DNA of 64,000 nucleotides. It comes from Vulcanimicrobiota bacterium. Its GTDB lineage: Bacteria; Vulcanimicrobiota; Vulcanimicrobiia; Vulcanimicrobiales; Vulcanimicrobiaceae. A program made the translations under genes and the position numbers. This document shows, one piece after another, positions 60,360-64,000 of the stretch (position 1 is its first letter; each line of letters opens with the position of its first letter). The stretch spans positions 1 to 64,000 of the forward strand of contig CAWGBN010000003.1 in the NCBI GenBank assembly GCA_963820825.1. Direction: 5' to 3'. The notes below the pieces were generated by a model that ran no database searches, had not been told where the DNA came from, and worked only from the letters and a program-made list of their open reading frames with translations.

Positions 60360-61216
60360 CTGCGCTCGTACCGATCGCCGTTTTTGCGGGCGTCTCCGCG
60401 ACGGTGTTCTTTGCCTTCTTCTCCTTCTGGGGCTCGGTCAACGAGCGCGCCAATGCGCGCGTTCGCGGAATCGCCGATCGGCTCGACCGCGCCGGCATTC
60501 GAACCGGATCGCAGGAGATCGTGTTGACGGTCGTCAGCGCAGGGGCGATTCTCTGGATCGCAATTCTCCTCTTTCTGCACCCTCCCTTATGGCTTTCGCT
60601 GATTCTGCTACCGGCGATCGCGGCGGTGGGCGCGGTGGGATTCTTCGCCTACGTCAACTTTGCGACCGCGCGCCGGCTGAAGGCATTCACCTCGCAACTA
60701 GAGCCTGCAACGCGACTGCTGGCGGGCGGCTTGCGGGTGGGCTTGGGTCTACGTCAAGCCCTTGCGATGGTGGTCGAAGAGCTTCCGGACCCGGCCCGTC
60801 ATGAGTTTCGCCGCGTGATCGGGCAGACCAACCTCGGCGCGAGCGTCTACGACGCTTTCGACGATCTCGCCGACCGAATGCCGAGTCATGAGAGTCTCAT
60901 GCTCGCGCGAGTCTTCCGCGTACAATCCGAAACGGGCGGCGACCTCGCGCGCATTCTCGATCAATTGGCCGAGACGATCAAGCACCGGCGCCAGGTGACG
61001 CGAAAGATCGACGCGCTGACCGCCGAAGGCCGAATGAGCGCCTGGGTATTGATGCTCATCCCTATCTGTCTGGGCGCATTCATCACCACAACGCAAGAGA
61101 GCATGGGACACGCTCTGCTCTATACGACTATCGGCCATATCGTATTGCTCATCGTCGCCGGCCTCGAAGCCGCGGCGTACCTCTGGCTCAAAGCACTGCT
61201 GAGGATCGACGCCTGA
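60353..61216 (+). CDS. tadB: Flp pilus platform protein TadB
   Basis: T2SS-F domain, SETGGDLA, ALTAEGRMSA. Confidence 0.9.
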   Translation: MVAALVPIAVFAGVSATVFFAFFSFWGSVNERANARVRGIADRLDRAGIRTGSQEIVLTVVSAGAILWIAILLFLHPPLWLSLILLPAIAAVGAVGFFAYVNFATARRLKAFTSQLEPATRLLAGGLRVGLGLRQALAMVVEELPDPARHEFRRVIGQTNLGASVYDAFDDLADRMPSHESLMLARVFRVQSETGGDLARILDQLAETIKHRRQVTRKIDALTAEGRMSAWVLMLIPICLGAFITTTQESMGHALLYTTIGHIVLLIVAGLEAAAYLWLKALLRIDA

Positions 61217-62088
61217 TGCCTGCACTATTCATCTTGCTCATCTCGATGCTCTCCGCCCTCGCGGCGTTCTTCTTTCTTCTCTCGATCATTCCGACGAAGA
61301 ACGTGCTGGCCGAGCAATTAGAAGAGCTCAAGACGCGCGACCCGATTAAGAAAGAGCGGTCTCCGCTCCCGTTCGTCGAGCAAATTCTTACCGACGACCG
61401 GCGCGTCGCGCTCGCGCGCCGGCTCGCGGAGGCCGGCTGGTATACGACGACCCCGTTGAAGTTCGGGCTGCGCCTCATCGCAGGGGCGTTTTTCGGCGCC
61501 GTGCTCGCTCTGGTCATCTGGCGTGTATTCGATATCGGAACCGCGTGGCTGATTCCGATGATCGGCGGTTTGGCGTTCTGCGGAGGCTACGCCCCGTACT
61601 TCGTTCTCAATCGCGCGAGCGATTCGCGCAAGGCCACGATTCAAAAGAGTCTGCCCGAGTTTTTGGACATGGTCGCTTCGACAGTGCAGGCCGGGCTCGC
61701 GCTCAACTCGGCGCTGGGATATGCCGTCGATGCGGTTCCCGGAGCGCTCGGCGACGAGATCAAGGAGGCGCTTTCGCAGATTCGCATGGGCCGCGCGCGG
61801 GCCGACGCGCTGCGCGCAGTCGGCGAGCGAACGAACCAGCCGGCGTTGCGTAACGCGCTTCGGGTGATGACGCAAGCCGAACGTCTCGGCGCGAACGTGT
61901 CGAAGATGCTCAACGACCTCGCCGAAGACGCGCGCCATCAACGGCTAATGCTGGTCGAAGAGATGGCCGCAAAATTGCCCGTGAAGATGGTCTTTCCGAT
62001 GGTCTTCTTTATGATCCCGGCGATCATCACCGTGATTTTCGGCGCCGTCGCTGCGAACTATTTTGCGGGCACGGCCGGCAAACCGTGA
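61216..62088 (+). CDS. tadC: Flp pilus platform protein TadC
   Basis: LPEFLDM...VQAGL, QAERLG, AAKLPVKMVFPMV. Confidence 0.9.
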   Translation: MPALFILLISMLSALAAFFFLLSIIPTKNVLAEQLEELKTRDPIKKERSPLPFVEQILTDDRRVALARRLAEAGWYTTTPLKFGLRLIAGAFFGAVLALVIWRVFDIGTAWLIPMIGGLAFCGGYAPYFVLNRASDSRKATIQKSLPEFLDMVASTVQAGLALNSALGYAVDAVPGALGDEIKEALSQIRMGRARADALRAVGERTNQPALRNALRVMTQAERLGANVSKMLNDLAEDARHQRLMLVEEMAAKLPVKMVFPMVFFMIPAIITVIFGAVAANYFAGTAGKP

Positions 62089-62696
62089 TCGCTGTTATCG
62101 CCGCGGCGCTCTTCTTCGCGTCGCTTGCGTTTATTGCCGTTTCGGCGAGCCGTGCCATTTGCACGGGCGTCACGCCGGACGAAGATGGCCCGCCCGCAGG
62201 GAAGCCGCCTTACGCGGTGCTCGTCGCCGCATCGGCGCTGCTGGGCGGGCTGCTCTTGTATTGGCACGCAACCCCGCTCCAGCTTGGCGTAGCGGCCATC
62301 GTGCTTTTCGCGCTGGTCGCCTGCTGGTGCAGCGATGCCCTGTGCGGCATGGTTCCGGACGTCTTCACCCTGACGCCGCTTGCGGCGCTGCTGCTCTTCT
62401 CTTTAGCGCAGCACAATTGGGATATTTGGTTCTCCGCGCTCGTCGCGTTCGCACCGTTTGCGGTTGCCGCGCTCTTTTCGCGCGGACGCGGCATGGGATG
62501 GGGCGACGTTAAGCTCGTTGCGCTCTCCGGCGCTGCGCTCGGCGCGCCGCTGGTCGTCTTCGTGCTTGCGGCGGCGTGCGGCGTTGCCGCCGTGATGCAC
62601 GGCTTGAGCCGCACGAAACGCAACGGACCGATCGCGTTTGCGCCCTACATTGCTGCGGCCACCGGAATCGCATTACCGCTGGGACTCGCGCACTAG
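62085..62696 (+). CDS. Second A24 prepilin peptidase-like protein
   Basis: SDALCGMVPD, GMGWGDVKL, PIAFAPYI. Confidence 0.8.
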   Translation: MIAVIAAALFFASLAFIAVSASRAICTGVTPDEDGPPAGKPPYAVLVAASALLGGLLLYWHATPLQLGVAAIVLFALVACWCSDALCGMVPDVFTLTPLAALLLFSLAQHNWDIWFSALVAFAPFAVAALFSRGRGMGWGDVKLVALSGAALGAPLVVFVLAAACGVAAVMHGLSRTKRNGPIAFAPYIAAATGIALPLGLAH

Positions 62697-62711
62697 GTCG
62701 TTGCGCTAGCA

Positions 62712-63290
62712 ATGCGGCGTCCGGATTTTCTGACCGCACTCGCCGCCGCGACCTTCGCCGGCATGTCGCCGCGGGCGGTGCGCGCCGCAATCCCGGCGGC
62801 GCGACGGCGGATCCTCTGGCTCCGGCACGAGGCCGACTCCAGCGAAGTGATCGCCCCCTTCTGCGTCGACGGCCGCACGGTCTACCAGCCCGGCTACCGC
62901 GAGATCTGCTGGCTGATGCGTGACCGACACGTCCCCTCGGCGCAAGGCTACGTGCAGTTCGACGTCGTCGAGATCGAGGCGCTCTGGGAAGTGCAGCGCG
63001 CGCTCGCGCTCAACGGTATCTACAAACCGCTGGTCATCACCAGCGGCTACCGCACGCCGCAAACCAACGAAGCGACCGAGAATGCGGCGCGCAACAGCAT
63101 GCACCTCTACGCCAAAGCCGCCGACATGTACGTCGAGGGGCTCTCGATGCGCGATCTCTTCGACACGTGCTGGTCGCGCTCGATCTCCGGCGGAATGGGA
63201 TACTACGACGACCACGTTCACCTCGATTCGGGAACCCGCCGCTGGTGGGTCGGCGACCTGGCCGTTCCGGTGTTCGAAAAACCAAGCTAG
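62712..63290 (+). CDS. DUF882/YcbK (MepK-like, peptidase M15) protein with Tat-like signal
   Basis: MRRPDFL; ITSGYRTPQTN, NSMHLYAKAAD, GMGYY..HVHLDSG. Confidence 0.88.
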   Translation: MRRPDFLTALAAATFAGMSPRAVRAAIPAARRRILWLRHEADSSEVIAPFCVDGRTVYQPGYREICWLMRDRHVPSAQGYVQFDVVEIEALWEVQRALALNGIYKPLVITSGYRTPQTNEATENAARNSMHLYAKAADMYVEGLSMRDLFDTCWSRSISGGMGYYDDHVHLDSGTRRWWVGDLAVPVFEKPS

Positions 63291-63549
63291 CGCTTTTTTA
63301 GCCAAGCGGCAACTGGTGACGCAGGTGAATCTTTTCGGAGGCGGTATGGGTAGAAGCCACTACGATGTTGCTGCTGGCCCGGTCCCCCCGCCGGATCGTT
63401 TCGCGTCTGTCGTACGCGGCAGGCGCCTATTGGGCCGCAAACGTCGTCCTGGCCGCGATCGAGCTGCGCTGGCACCCGATCACCCGGTTGCTGCTCTGGG
63501 ACATCTCCCGTTTCAAGGAGCTGGCCCCGTTGTTCGCCCGTCTGATTCA

Positions 63550-64000
63550 TCCCGGCGCCTAAGCGACTTCGACTTTAGCCATAACGGCATCGGCTTTCTA
63601 CGCTTCTTCTTTGCGTCGCTCGTCGTCTGGTCGCACGCCTTCAACCTCGGCGGCTTCGGCATCGATCCGCTCTCGGCGTTCACTAAGGGCGTCGAGGACG
63701 GCGGTACGATCGCCGTCGACGGTTTCTTCGTACTCAGCGGCTTCTTGATCGCGCGCAGCTTCGAACGTACCGGTCATCTCGGCCGGTACCTCTGGCATCG
63801 TGCGCTGCGCATCTTTCCCGGCTTTTGGGCATGCCTGGTCGTCGTGGCGTTCGGTTTTGCACCGCTCGTTTACGTTCACGAACGGGCGACGCTCGCCGGA
63901 TTTTTCGCCGGGCCGAATTCGCCTTGGACGTACCTCAGTTCGAACGCCCTGCTGGTGATGAATCAGTACGATATCGGCGGACTGCTGGCCGGCGCGCCGG
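63550..64000 (+). CDS. Acyltransferase family 3 (OafA-like), 5' part; start uncertain, runs off the window
   Basis: NGIGFLRFFFASLVVWSH, AVDGFFVLSGFLIARS, RALRIFPG. Confidence 0.85.

Overview
High-GC bacterial chromosomal window. Gene content suggests Candidatus Eremiobacterota (inference only). In order: (1) a DUF3311/MctP symporter/RidA unit and an aromatic-acyl-CoA (salicylyl-/2-aminobenzoyl-CoA type) catabolic cluster. From about 2.3 to 13.6 kb nearly every gene is broken by small indels, most likely read or assembly error. (2) A stand-alone rpoB with no rplL or rpoC neighbour. It has its own promoter, a terminator-like leader, an extra SBHM-like insert and a long acidic tail, and a decayed IS1-type relic lies just upstream. 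(3) An extended isoprenoid/hopanoid region (dxs, hpnG, hpnA, hpnH, hpnD, hpnC, fni) containing a single-chain HpnE-squalene-hopene cyclase fusion whose linker is an in-frame 159-bp palindromic element, plus a degenerate prenyltransferase. (4) A 2048-bp non-autonomous IS1595 derivative (21-bp TIRs, 8-bp TSD) carrying a Panacea antitoxin and a RelE-like gene, inserted at a promoter that mimics its own ends. (5) An SGNH-MBOAT fusion. (6) A complete Tad/Flp pilus locus with three Flp pilins, three TadE, three TadG-like proteins with Asn-ladder (NFNG) repeats, a CpaE-CpaF fusion, two A24 peptidases and a shared promoter motif. One REP-like repeat family occurs both between genes and in-frame inside proteins. 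No rRNA, tRNA or CRISPR array was recognised. All family assignments come from motif recognition; no database searches were run.
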